The position numbers were made by a program, and so were the translations under genes. From the NCBI GenBank assembly GCA_965649055.1, contig CBFGJG010000003.1, positions 22,998 through 86,997 on the forward strand: a DNA stretch of 64,000 bases. Direction: 5' to 3'. Under the pieces are notes generated by a model that made no database searches, was not told where the DNA came from, and saw only the letters and a program-made list of their open reading frames with translations. Positions 1 to 9,300 of the stretch are shown piece after piece (within the stretch, counting starts at the first letter, position 1; each line of letters begins with the position of its first letter). The DNA comes from a candidate division WOR-3 bacterium. Its GTDB lineage: Bacteria > Hydrothermota > UBA3072 > B12-G15.

Positions 1-5
1 TATAG

Positions 6-1025
6 ATGAGAAAATTTCTCGTTCTTTCTAAAGATTATATTCATGGTCCTAATGGGATGAGGGCAAGATATCTTTTTGATGATAAAAATTTTTTTATTTT
101 ATACAGGAAAAATAGATTTATAACTTATTTAAGGTTCTTATATATAATTTTGTCTTCAAGGCCTTTTGTATACTTTGTAGGTTTTGAGACATTATCACTT
201 TTTATACTTTATTTATTAGGGTATAAAAAATTTATTATTGATACAGGGGATAATGAATGTGAATTATCAAAAAGTTACAGAAAAAGATTTCTTTCCAATC
301 TTATATGTATAATAGAAAGATGGGCTATCAAAAATTCTCTTATTTTAATTGTGAGGACAGAAACGTATAAAGAAATCCTTGAGAAAAGGAGAAAAGACGT
401 GTATTTAATAAGAGATTGTATAGATGTGGATTCTTTGAAAGAATATAAAAGAATACCTGATGTTTTAACAATAGGTATGATTGGGAATTTAAATATTGAT
501 AAAAGAACAGGAAATATCAACGGCAGGGAAATAATAGAAGTTGTTGAAATTTTAAATAGGGAAGGTTATAATGTAAAGGGGTTTATTTTCGGGAAGGGAA
601 AGGCATTCCCGTATCTAAAAAAAATTGCCTGTAATAAAAATGTTGAAATTATTGAAGATTGGGTTTCTATTGAAAATATCGGAGAAATAATGGAAAAAAT
701 CTCAATAGGTATAAATATTCAAACAAATGATTTGGTAGGGAATATAAGGTTAGGTGCAAAAGTTTTAGTTTATCTTGCGACTTCAAGGTATATTCTTTCA
801 ACAAAAATAGGGGATTGTCCAAGAATTTTACCATCTGAGTATCTGATTGATTATAAAGGTGTATATGACCCTGATTTTACTTTTAGGCTTGCCAGAGAGT
901 TAAAAAAGATTATTAGAGAACCGGAAAGATTAAAAATAAGGTTTTCAGGACCCGAAATAGCCTTAAGATACTTTGATTGCAAAATTCTAAGGAAAGAATT
1001 ATATAAGATACTTGAATCACTTTAA
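6..1025 (+). CDS. Glycosyltransferase-like protein (GT-B/group-1-like), possibly 5'-truncated at window edge
   Basis: ORF of 339 aa with an ATG only 5 nt from the window start, so the gene may extend upstream. The C-terminal half shows Rossmann-like alternation (VLTIGMIGNL...GREIIEVVEILNREGYNVKGFIFGKG...) typical of group-1 glycosyltransferases. No catalytic motif is firmly recognised. Confidence 0.35.
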   Translation: MRKFLVLSKDYIHGPNGMRARYLFDDKNFFILYRKNRFITYLRFLYIILSSRPFVYFVGFETLSLFILYLLGYKKFIIDTGDNECELSKSYRKRFLSNLICIIERWAIKNSLILIVRTETYKEILEKRRKDVYLIRDCIDVDSLKEYKRIPDVLTIGMIGNLNIDKRTGNINGREIIEVVEILNREGYNVKGFIFGKGKAFPYLKKIACNKNVEIIEDWVSIENIGEIMEKISIGINIQTNDLVGNIRLGAKVLVYLATSRYILSTKIGDCPRILPSEYLIDYKGVYDPDFTFRLARELKKIIREPERLKIRFSGPEIALRYFDCKILRKELYKILESL

Positions 1026-1960
1026 TCTTCTAAATTTCTCAATAAGAGTTCAAACGATCTGGAAAGAAATATATCTTCAGGTATTTCTATTACATAACCT
1101 TCATTTTCCTTTTTTAAAATAATCTCTTTTTTCTGGAACAATGTATAGTCCTTAAAAAGAACTATAAGATGAATATCTGGTTCCTCGTTTATTATCTTCA
1201 AAATCTTTACGATAGAATTTCCATCCTGTAAATCTTTATTTAATAATTTCAGGATCCTATCCTTTGAAGAATTTATCTTTATCTTATTTTCGAACTTGAG
1301 TTCTTTTATTTTTCTTTCACAAAAAGGATGCATAACCTTTTGGAACAAAATATAATAAATCTCTTTTCCCAGATTTTTCCATTTTTTGCAATATTTTGTT
1401 TCAATAATATTTTCAAGGTTGGATTGATATCCATTTTCAAATATTGGCCTTAAAACCTTGTAATGCAACATTTCTTCAAGTATAAAATCCCTGTAAAATG
1501 AATGGTCTGTAAGTATGTGTATATACCCTTTGTCTTTTAATCTTGATGTCGCAAGTAGACTGAATTCCTTATCAAGAAGCCTTCTTTTCTCGTGCCTATT
1601 TTTGGGCCACGGGTCAGGAAAATTAATGTATATATTTTCAATCGAAGATTCTGGTATTAATAATTCAAATGCTGTGCTTGCATCAAGTAATACAAGATTG
1701 ACATTATTTATTTTATTCATCTTTATCTTTCTTAAAGTCTTTCTTAAACAAACCTTTGAATATTCAATACCAATAAAATTTCTGTTTTTTTCATTAAGCG
1801 CCTTCTTGACAATAAAATCACCTTCACCAAAACCTATTTCACAATCAACAGGATTATTATTATTGAAAATCTTCTGTAGATTAAGTGGTTTTTCTAATCT
1901 ATACCAGTCTAATATATTTTCCATCATTATAATAATTATAAAAAATCTGCTGATTGTCAA
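1022..1960 (-). CDS. trmB: tRNA (guanine46-N7)-methyltransferase TrmB with ~120-aa C-terminal extension
   Basis: SAM-binding EIGFGEGDF motif and the highly characteristic FPDPWPKNRHEKRRLL motif of TrmB. The 312-aa length exceeds typical TrmB (~210-240 aa). The 4-bp overlap with the gene at 6..1025 is convergent. Confidence 0.8.
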   Translation of the reverse strand: MTISRFFIIIIMMENILDWYRLEKPLNLQKIFNNNNPVDCEIGFGEGDFIVKKALNEKNRNFIGIEYSKVCLRKTLRKIKMNKINNVNLVLLDASTAFELLIPESSIENIYINFPDPWPKNRHEKRRLLDKEFSLLATSRLKDKGYIHILTDHSFYRDFILEEMLHYKVLRPIFENGYQSNLENIIETKYCKKWKNLGKEIYYILFQKVMHPFCERKIKELKFENKIKINSSKDRILKLLNKDLQDGNSIVKILKIINEEPDIHLIVLFKDYTLFQKKEIILKKENEGYVIEIPEDIFLSRSFELLLRNLED

Positions 1961-1988
1961 GTGAGGGATTTATTTTCTTGATAATAAT

Positions 1989-2005
1989 TGCAACATTCTG
2001 TTGCA
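1989..2005. promoter_or_regulatory. Inverted repeat TGCAACA-TTC-TGTTGCA in divergent intergenic region (candidate operator)
   Basis: Perfect 7-bp inverted repeat seen directly at 1989-2005. It lies between divergently oriented trmB and the small Cys-rich gene. Confidence 0.3.
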
Positions 2006-2127
2006 TTTTTCAAATACTATAAATCCTTCTTTAATATTAATATTTTGAAAATGAATAGAATAAAATTTATAAAAACGGGAATGTAATTTTTTTATTTATT
2101 AATAGAATCCCAAAAAAGGGAGGAGGT

Positions 2128-2355
2128 ATGGAGTGTGAATTGTGCGGTTGCTGTTCTTTTTGTAAAAAAAATATTACAGATCTTGGAGGAACTCTAAAAT
2201 ATGTAAGGTCTAAGTATTGTAAGAAAAACGCAGAGGATTGTGCAAGATTCATTGTTTATAAGGCTCTTGGAAGGGATAGGGTTCCTGATGATTTATTCCC
2301 GGGTGAAAAAGAAAGAGCTTTTAAGATAATAGAGAGGTTTAAAGAGAATAGATAG
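2128..2355 (+). CDS. Small cysteine-rich protein (C-x2-C-G-C-C-x2-C), unknown function
   Basis: 75-aa ORF preceded by a strong RBS (AAAGGGAGGAGG, 3 nt before the ATG). N-terminal cluster of six Cys (MECELCGCCSFCKK) plus two further Cys. Standalone transcription unit, convergent with the downstream gene. Confidence 0.5.
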   Translation: MECELCGCCSFCKKNITDLGGTLKYVRSKYCKKNAEDCARFIVYKALGRDRVPDDLFPGEKERAFKIIERFKENR

Positions 2356-2494
2356 AACTATTCAATATACCCTAAATTCATAATGAAGTTAAAACCGAAA
2401 TAGGGAAATTCTGGATTTAGATTTAATTCAATTTCCGGTCCTATACCTATATAATAAAAATTGAACGAGAAAGAAGCTATCAAAGGAAAACCTA

Positions 2495-2827
2495 TTAAGA
2501 AGCTTCTTCTTCGTTAGTTATCTGATTGAAAATCGGGATTATATTAAGACCAAAAAGAATCGAGCTCATAAAATGTTTACTTTTCTGTGCATAACCTTTT
2601 AAAAATGATAAGGAGAAAATTTTTATATCAATCGAAAAATCATAAGGAATTAAAACAGATGTTAGTTCCATTGCAAGCAAACCATTCCTGTCAAGATATG
2701 ATAGTCCAATAGATATAGATGGGAGAACATAAGATTTATTGTATAATCTTATTCCACCTAATTTCCCCTGTGACCATAAAAAGTAGTCATTATTATTTTC
2801 TTGTAAAGCAAACAGAATTAATATCAT
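2495..2827 (-). CDS. Hypothetical protein (last gene of long minus-strand operon)
   Basis: 110-aa ORF whose start abuts the stop of the upstream DUF362 gene with no gap. No recognisable motif. Confidence 0.3.
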   Translation of the reverse strand: MILILFALQENNNDYFLWSQGKLGGIRLYNKSYVLPSISIGLSYLDRNGLLAMELTSVLIPYDFSIDIKIFSLSFLKGYAQKSKHFMSSILFGLNIIPIFNQITNEEEAS

Positions 2828-3904
2828 TTATACCTCTATAATCTCGTATTTTCTTTCTCCAAGTCCTATCTTTTCAGCGTATTCAATCTGATAGGTTGAA
2901 TTTATTTCTGGATATATTATTGAAAATTTATCCTGATTTTCATCTATTTTTCTCCCAAAGAAAGAAGAAACACCTGCAGATGATTTCACAAGGTCAAAAG
3001 AACACTGGTCAATAGAAACAGGGTCATCAGAGATAAGTATACCTATATCAGGGACCATATAACCTTTTGAATGTGGATAACAATCACATTCAGGTGTTAT
3101 ATCCATCAGGATATTCACATAAACAACCTTTTTATTTATAATTGCACCTAGTGCATATTCAACCATCTTCTCCATAAACTCAATTGAGTGTGCATCCCAG
3201 CTTATTCCGATTGCATGAAAATGACAGAATACGATACATTCACCGCAACCAATACATTTCTTTTTATCTATAATTGCTATTTTATTTATAATCTCTATTG
3301 CTTTAGCAGGGCATATTAATTCACATTTTCTACATCCAGTGCATTTTTCTTTCCTTATTACAGGAATATTTCCAGAATGCATTGAAAGTTTTCCCTCCTT
3401 TGTTGAACATCCCATCCCGAGATTCTTTATAGCACCACCGAATCCAGAAAGTTCATGACCTTTGAAATGCGATAGACACAGAATCTTATCAGCATAGAAA
3501 ATACCTTCTGCAATCTTCACTTTCTTATAATGTTTCTTTTTTATCTCAACCTCAACCCCTGAATTACCTGAAAGACCGTCAGCAATGATTATGGGAGCAA
3601 AATCAAAACCATTCCATCTTGCAGTATTAAGATAATCTATTGCTGTTCCCCTTGAGCCTTTATAAAGGGTTGTAGTATCGGTTAGAAAAGGGTTTGTATT
3701 AAGGTTAACAAGTATCTCGTAAATCTTCCTTGCATAGATTGGTCTTACAAATGCAGTATTATCCTTCTCACCCATATGTAGTTTTATGGCAACAGAATCG
3801 TTCTGATCAAAGAATCTGTAATATCCACCTCTTTTAAAAATATCTTCAATCTTTTTTAAGATACTTTTTTCAGATTTTACAGGTATGAAATATACTTTGC
3901 TCAT
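2828..3904 (-). CDS. DUF362-domain protein with two embedded 4Fe-4S ferredoxin-type cluster motifs
   Basis: Two C-x2-C-x2-C-x3-CP motifs (CTGCRKCELICP and CIGCGECIVFC) embedded in a ~360-aa protein, the architecture typical of DUF362 proteins. 4-bp overlap with the upstream gene. Confidence 0.6.
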   Translation of the reverse strand: MSKVYFIPVKSEKSILKKIEDIFKRGGYYRFFDQNDSVAIKLHMGEKDNTAFVRPIYARKIYEILVNLNTNPFLTDTTTLYKGSRGTAIDYLNTARWNGFDFAPIIIADGLSGNSGVEVEIKKKHYKKVKIAEGIFYADKILCLSHFKGHELSGFGGAIKNLGMGCSTKEGKLSMHSGNIPVIRKEKCTGCRKCELICPAKAIEIINKIAIIDKKKCIGCGECIVFCHFHAIGISWDAHSIEFMEKMVEYALGAIINKKVVYVNILMDITPECDCYPHSKGYMVPDIGILISDDPVSIDQCSFDLVKSSAGVSSFFGRKIDENQDKFSIIYPEINSTYQIEYAEKIGLGERKYEIIEV

Positions 3905-4146
3905 TCTATCCCCAGTATTTTTTTTATTCTTGGTTCGAGGTAAACATTCTTATCAATTTTTTCCCTCAAAATCTGAATCAATAGTTTTTTTTTGAATGAA
4001 TCTGAAAGGTTCTTGTTTATAACAATGTATTTCTTCCTGTATATCCTGCATGCACCACCTGAAGATAGTATTCTATCAACATAGACTTTAAAACCCAGCT
4101 TCTCTGCTATATCAATTAAAAATTTAAGGTCTTCATTTTTTTTCAT
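3901..4146 (-). CDS. Small hypothetical protein
   Basis: 81-aa basic ORF translationally coupled at both ends: a 14-nt overlap with the phosphomannomutase gene and a 4-nt overlap with DUF362. Confidence 0.35.
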   Translation of the reverse strand: MKKNEDLKFLIDIAEKLGFKVYVDRILSSGGACRIYRKKYIVINKNLSDSFKKKLLIQILREKIDKNVYLEPRIKKILGIE

Positions 4147-5491
4147 TTATAAATCCCATTACTAAATCTCTTATCTCGTTAAGTCTTTTTTCATCCTTTG
4201 CCTCAAACCTTGCGACTATTACGGGTTGGGTGTTTGAAGCACGTACAAGTCCCCAACCATCACCAAAAAGAATCCTTGCGCCATCAATACCAATAATATC
4301 ATATTTCCCTTTGAAATGTTTAATTACGTCCTCCACAATCTTCCATTTTTTATCTTCGGTTGTATCTATTCTTATTTCAGGAGTTGTATAATAATAGGGG
4401 ATTTCTTTTATCATCGCGGATATATTTTTTTCAGAATTTGAAACAATATCATAAAGCCTTAATGAGGAAAATATAGCATCATCGTATCCATAGTAGTCAC
4501 CACCGAAGAATATATGCCCGCTCATTTCACCTGCTAATGGTGAATTCAATTCCTTCATCTTTGCTTTAATCAATGAATGTCCAGTCTTCCACATAAACGG
4601 TCTTCCACCTATTTTTTCTATGAATTCAGAAGCACCCTGCGAAGACTTAACATCAAATATTATGTAAGAATTGGGGTATTTCTTCAAAACATATTTAGAA
4701 AATATACAGAGAAGTTTGTCTCCCCAAACAATATTTCCTTTATCGTCGATAACACCTATCCTGTCCGCATCTCCGTCATATCCAATACCAAAATCAGCAT
4801 TATTTTCAAGAACCTTCTTTTTCAAAGATTGCATATATTCTGGGATTGTCGGGTCAGGAAGATGATTTGGAAAATCTCCATCAGGTTCGCAGAAAATACA
4901 TTCAAAATCAGCACCAATTGAATTGAATAACCTTGAAGCTATCTCACCAGCAGTTCCATTACCAGGATCTATAACTATCTTAAGTTTTTTATTTGGATAT
5001 GTGATTGAAAGTGTTTTCTCAACATAATCATCTTTAACATCTTTCTTTAGAATCTTACCTTTCCCTTTCATAAAATCATTCTTTAATATAATATTCTTTA
5101 TTTCCTGTATAGATTCTCCGAAAAGTGTCTCTTCTCCAATCATCATCTTTAAACCATTGTATTCCTTCGGATTGTGGCTTCCTGTTACCATAACACCGCC
5201 ATCAAAACCATAATGAAAAACTGTAAAATATAGAAGTGGTGTTGGACACATACCAATATCAATAACATCTATCCCTGTTGAAATGATTCCTTTGCAAAGT
5301 GCCTCTTTAATCCTTGGAGATGTCTTTCTTGCATCAAATCCAACTGCTACTTCATTCCCAATCCTTTTTCTTCTTAACATTGAACCGTATGCCTTACCTA
5401 TAAGTTCGACGATATCATCAGTTAATTCCTCATCTGCTATTCCTCTTATATCGTACATCCTGAAAATTTCTTCATTCATCATTACCTCCAT
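4133..5491 (-). CDS. Phosphomannomutase/phosphoglucomutase (alpha-D-phosphohexomutase family)
   Basis: N-terminal MYDIRGIADEELT, the phosphoserine loop VTGSHNPKEYNG, the metal-binding GYDGDADR-like motif (GYDGDADRIG) and the sugar-binding GEMSGH motif. 452 aa. Confidence 0.85.
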   Translation of the reverse strand: MEVMMNEEIFRMYDIRGIADEELTDDIVELIGKAYGSMLRRKRIGNEVAVGFDARKTSPRIKEALCKGIISTGIDVIDIGMCPTPLLYFTVFHYGFDGGVMVTGSHNPKEYNGLKMMIGEETLFGESIQEIKNIILKNDFMKGKGKILKKDVKDDYVEKTLSITYPNKKLKIVIDPGNGTAGEIASRLFNSIGADFECIFCEPDGDFPNHLPDPTIPEYMQSLKKKVLENNADFGIGYDGDADRIGVIDDKGNIVWGDKLLCIFSKYVLKKYPNSYIIFDVKSSQGASEFIEKIGGRPFMWKTGHSLIKAKMKELNSPLAGEMSGHIFFGGDYYGYDDAIFSSLRLYDIVSNSEKNISAMIKEIPYYYTTPEIRIDTTEDKKWKIVEDVIKHFKGKYDIIGIDGARILFGDGWGLVRASNTQPVIVARFEAKDEKRLNEIRDLVMGFINEKK

Positions 5492-5503
5492 ATTTAATTT
5501 TTT

Positions 5504-6346
5504 TTAAGTTCCTTTTTTAATTTTAATCTTTAACCCTATAATATGTGTAGGCTCAAAATATGAACCCGTAATTGTATAATACAATGAAATTTGGGAAAAA
5601 TCAAGTCCAATTCCGAATGAAATTTTTTTCAATTGTGAATAACCGGCCCTTATTGAGATAATGTCTCTTATTGTTATTTCAGAACCAAATGAGAAAAAAT
5701 TCTTATAATCGTTTAAAATATAAGAGATCTCAGCGAAACCATTATAACCTTCAAATTTATAAGGTAGTGATGTTGCAATTATTGTAGTCTGCGGTATTTT
5801 GTCTACTGTCTTTCCAAACCATGATATCTCAGTGCCCATAATGTCTTTTATTATCATTGAAATCCTTAATTTTTTTTCAAAGGTTAAACCGATGTCGTAT
5901 CCAAATCCTGTTCCATGAAAATCAACTATTTCCTGCTCATAGTTCTTAATATTAAATCCTATATTCACTAATTTCATCTTCGTTGCCAAAGAGAATGTCA
6001 GAACCCTTTCATTAACGCTAAAATAATCGATAGTTTCAGGGATAATGGTGTCTTCAATATCAGGGTTTAGTGGCATTTCACCTGATGTAAAATAATTTAT
6101 ACCAAAGGCAAGATATAAGCCATAGGCATTAAATCCAGTAGTAAGATTATAAAGATGAAAATTTTGAATAAGGTTTGTCCAGTCAATATAAAGGGAAGGG
6201 CTCTTGACACATATATTTGCTGGATTCCACCATATTGATGATATATCTTCATATGTGAAATAACTTGAACAGGAAATTCCTCTTGCACCTGCACCGGGAA
6301 ATAGATAATCGAAAGGAATACTGAAACTCAATAAAATCAATATCAT
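5504..6346 (-). CDS. Outer-membrane beta-barrel protein, PorV/FadL-like (candidate T9SS cargo shuttle)
   Basis: N-terminal FPGAGARGISCSSYFTYEDISSIWWNPANI resembles the conserved PorV/LptO motif (G-A-R-A-x-G-M-G-G-A...D-x-S-A-x-x-W-N-P-A-G). The remainder shows the alternating hydrophobic pattern of beta-strands. It sits immediately downstream of T9SS-CTD cargo genes with a 4-bp overlap. Confidence 0.45.
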   Translation of the reverse strand: MILILLSFSIPFDYLFPGAGARGISCSSYFTYEDISSIWWNPANICVKSPSLYIDWTNLIQNFHLYNLTTGFNAYGLYLAFGINYFTSGEMPLNPDIEDTIIPETIDYFSVNERVLTFSLATKMKLVNIGFNIKNYEQEIVDFHGTGFGYDIGLTFEKKLRISMIIKDIMGTEISWFGKTVDKIPQTTIIATSLPYKFEGYNGFAEISYILNDYKNFFSFGSEITIRDIISIRAGYSQLKKISFGIGLDFSQISLYYTITGSYFEPTHIIGLKIKIKKGT

Positions 6347-9300
6347 CTTTTCAATACCGCCATTTTTCTTTTTTCCTTTGTTTCAAAAATCCCAAGTTTA
6401 GCCCTGACAACGTAAAGGTAAACCCCATTAGGAATATAATTTCCATTATCGTCTCTTAAATGCCACTCAATTATATTTTTCCCTTCTTTCAAATCGTAGA
6501 AAACTTTTTTACAAACGATATTACCGGAAGGTTGATAAATTTCGAGAGTAGCAGAATCAGGTTTTTTTGTCAATTCAACTAAAAACTTTGTTAAATCCCT
6601 TGCGGGGTTTGGATAGTTTGAAAGAAAAGTAATTAAAAATGGTGTTTGTATATTTATGAATATATCTTTTGAAATCATATTCCCGTGAACATCGTAAGCG
6701 AAAAACTTTGCATTGTAGAAACCATCATTTAGGGAACTTTCAAGATTAAGATTCATAATGTTTAAATCCCTTGTTTCGTTCACTTCCAATATTATCTCTT
6801 TCTGGTTTATCATAAAATAAGGTTTTCTTATCCATATATCTATTCCATTATCGTCCTCAGCAGTAAGGTTTATTTTTATATTTCCATCCTTAGAATACAA
6901 CGTATCTTTTAATATTTTCACAATTGGTTTTGTATTATCACTGGTAAAACCGTAAGTGTAAAAACCTGTATCCTTCACCCAGACGCTATCCCCGGAAAGA
7001 TTAATCCATTTTAATTTCTTCCTTATATATATGGAACCATTTGATGAATCCGGAAAGATTTTTAGGAAAAATGGCTTTTGAATTGTATCATAATATATTA
7101 TTTTAAAAACCTTATTGAAATTATCAAAACTTCCAGGTTTAAAATCTTCCTGTTTTAAAGGGGGTTCGTATTCATCTTCAAATACAAAAAAATATCCATC
7201 TTTTTTAAATGTTTCTGGTAATATAGTTATTTCCCAGAATCTATCACTTATGATGTTTGTATCTAAATGATTAATTTTATAGAAATTTTTCTTCTTTATA
7301 TAATAGATTACATTATTATTTTCGTTTAGTTCGTTAATCCAGTTATAACTATCAATAAAAATCTTGAAATTTATATCCTTAAAAGTATCATTAACGAATT
7401 CTTCGATAGGGATTAAGACTTCTTCTTTTACCAAAGGTTTTATATCTGATATTATGGTATCATATATCCAATAATAATCATCATCTTTAAATTTATATAT
7501 TGACAATACTGTTGAGTCCGCTTTTTTTTCACCTGAATTTATAACATTTAATCTTAGTAATAATGTTTTGTTATCACAAAATATTTCCGGTTCTGTAAGG
7601 AATTTTAAATCCGACCTTTTTATAATATATTCTGAAAATATCCTTGACCTGTTGAAGTTTAGAGAATCAAACAATTCAATTCTAAAGTTCAGATTTAAAC
7701 CTTCTTTTATAATCGGAATTCTGCAATAATATGTTCCTGAAGAATCATTCATAAAAATCTTATTATTTAATATTCCGTCGTAACCAAATACACAGAATAT
7801 TGAATCAGGTTGAATCTTCAACTTTGCTTTTATATTTATTGTATCATTTAAACATAAAATCTCAGGATAATAGATTATACTTTCAAAAATATCCTTTTTA
7901 AATACGTTATCTTCACCTGCGATTGAGTAAAGGTTATTTTTCAATAAAGAGATAATCCTTGTATTTTCGGATAACAATTCTATATAAAATGAAGTATCTT
8001 TTGAATACCCGGTTTTATTAAAGGAATATTCATAAATATTTAAAGAATCAATCACTTTAAAATGGAATCTTCCTGTCATACTGTTTTCACATCTGATATA
8101 TAATGTGTCATTTTTATAAAGGTTAGAAAATTTAAGTGTATCTTTCGCAATCTTCAGTTTAAATAAAGGGTCGCCTATTAAATGATAACAAATGGAGTTA
8201 TATGAATCCGGAAATAGAAATTTATAATAAAAAATAATATCTCCAAGTCTTCTCAGGTCTTTTCTGAAAATTCCGTTCAGTAAAAATTTATCTGTGTGAA
8301 TATTATCAGAGAAATAAGTGAGCCCTGATGGTGCAACAGAACCTATCATTCCAACCCCGGGGAACATTACAGAATATTCACTAACGGATCTCAATTGCGG
8401 GTCATCCATTATACCATTAACACAGGAGAAGGCAAGCATAAAGGTTAGTTTCCCATAGTTTGTCAGTCTTGGTATATCATATATCCTGAAGTATCTTCCA
8501 GCCCCCAGATCTTCTTCACCACCATGACCGTGAAAATTAAATATAGTTTGACCATAAGAAAGAGCCCTTATAACTTCCTCCCATACGCTTGTCCCTTCCC
8601 TTGAATAAACACGTGTAATATCATATCCTGAAGGTATAATACTTTTTATGATCTGCTCAGAGATTACATCTGAATTTTGTAGTGCGTAATCAGCACCAAA
8701 GAATAATCTGTTTTCTTTTGGTTCATCAGAATTTGAACCATTTATTATCTTATCGATGTATCCTGCCATCTCTGTTCTTGTAATTGCGGGAATCCTGCCT
8801 ACCACGATATCTGGAAACTCGTCATTTCCACATATTTTTGAATACTCAAAATCAGAAGAATAGTATCCACCCAGAACATTTTTCATAATAACAGGGACAA
8901 GGTCAGAATTGTTTTTGTAGATATTTTTTGGGTCGTAAGTTCCCTTTCCCATAATGATAAGGTAATAGGGAGGATTATCGAGTTCAAAACAGTATCTCAA
9001 GAAGTCTTTTATCGCAAAAGGTGATTTTTCACCATAATTGAAACAGTTATAAATTTCGTCTGTTGTAAATATACTAACAGATATTGAATCATAAGATTCA
9101 TAATAATTTTTATAATTCAACGCATAATCATAAAATATCGGATGGGTTATAACAACAGCATCAGAACCATTGAAAGAGTTCATTTTATCTTCAATATTGA
9201 AATATCTTATATCTTTAGGAATCCTTTCCGTCCCTGTTAAATATACAATATAATTGGCTTTTCCATTGGTTGTATCCGAGAAAGTAACTGAATAACATTC

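Noticed and set aside
1515-1964. 149-aa ORF on the + strand
   Set aside because: Antisense to the well-supported trmB, with no independent signals.
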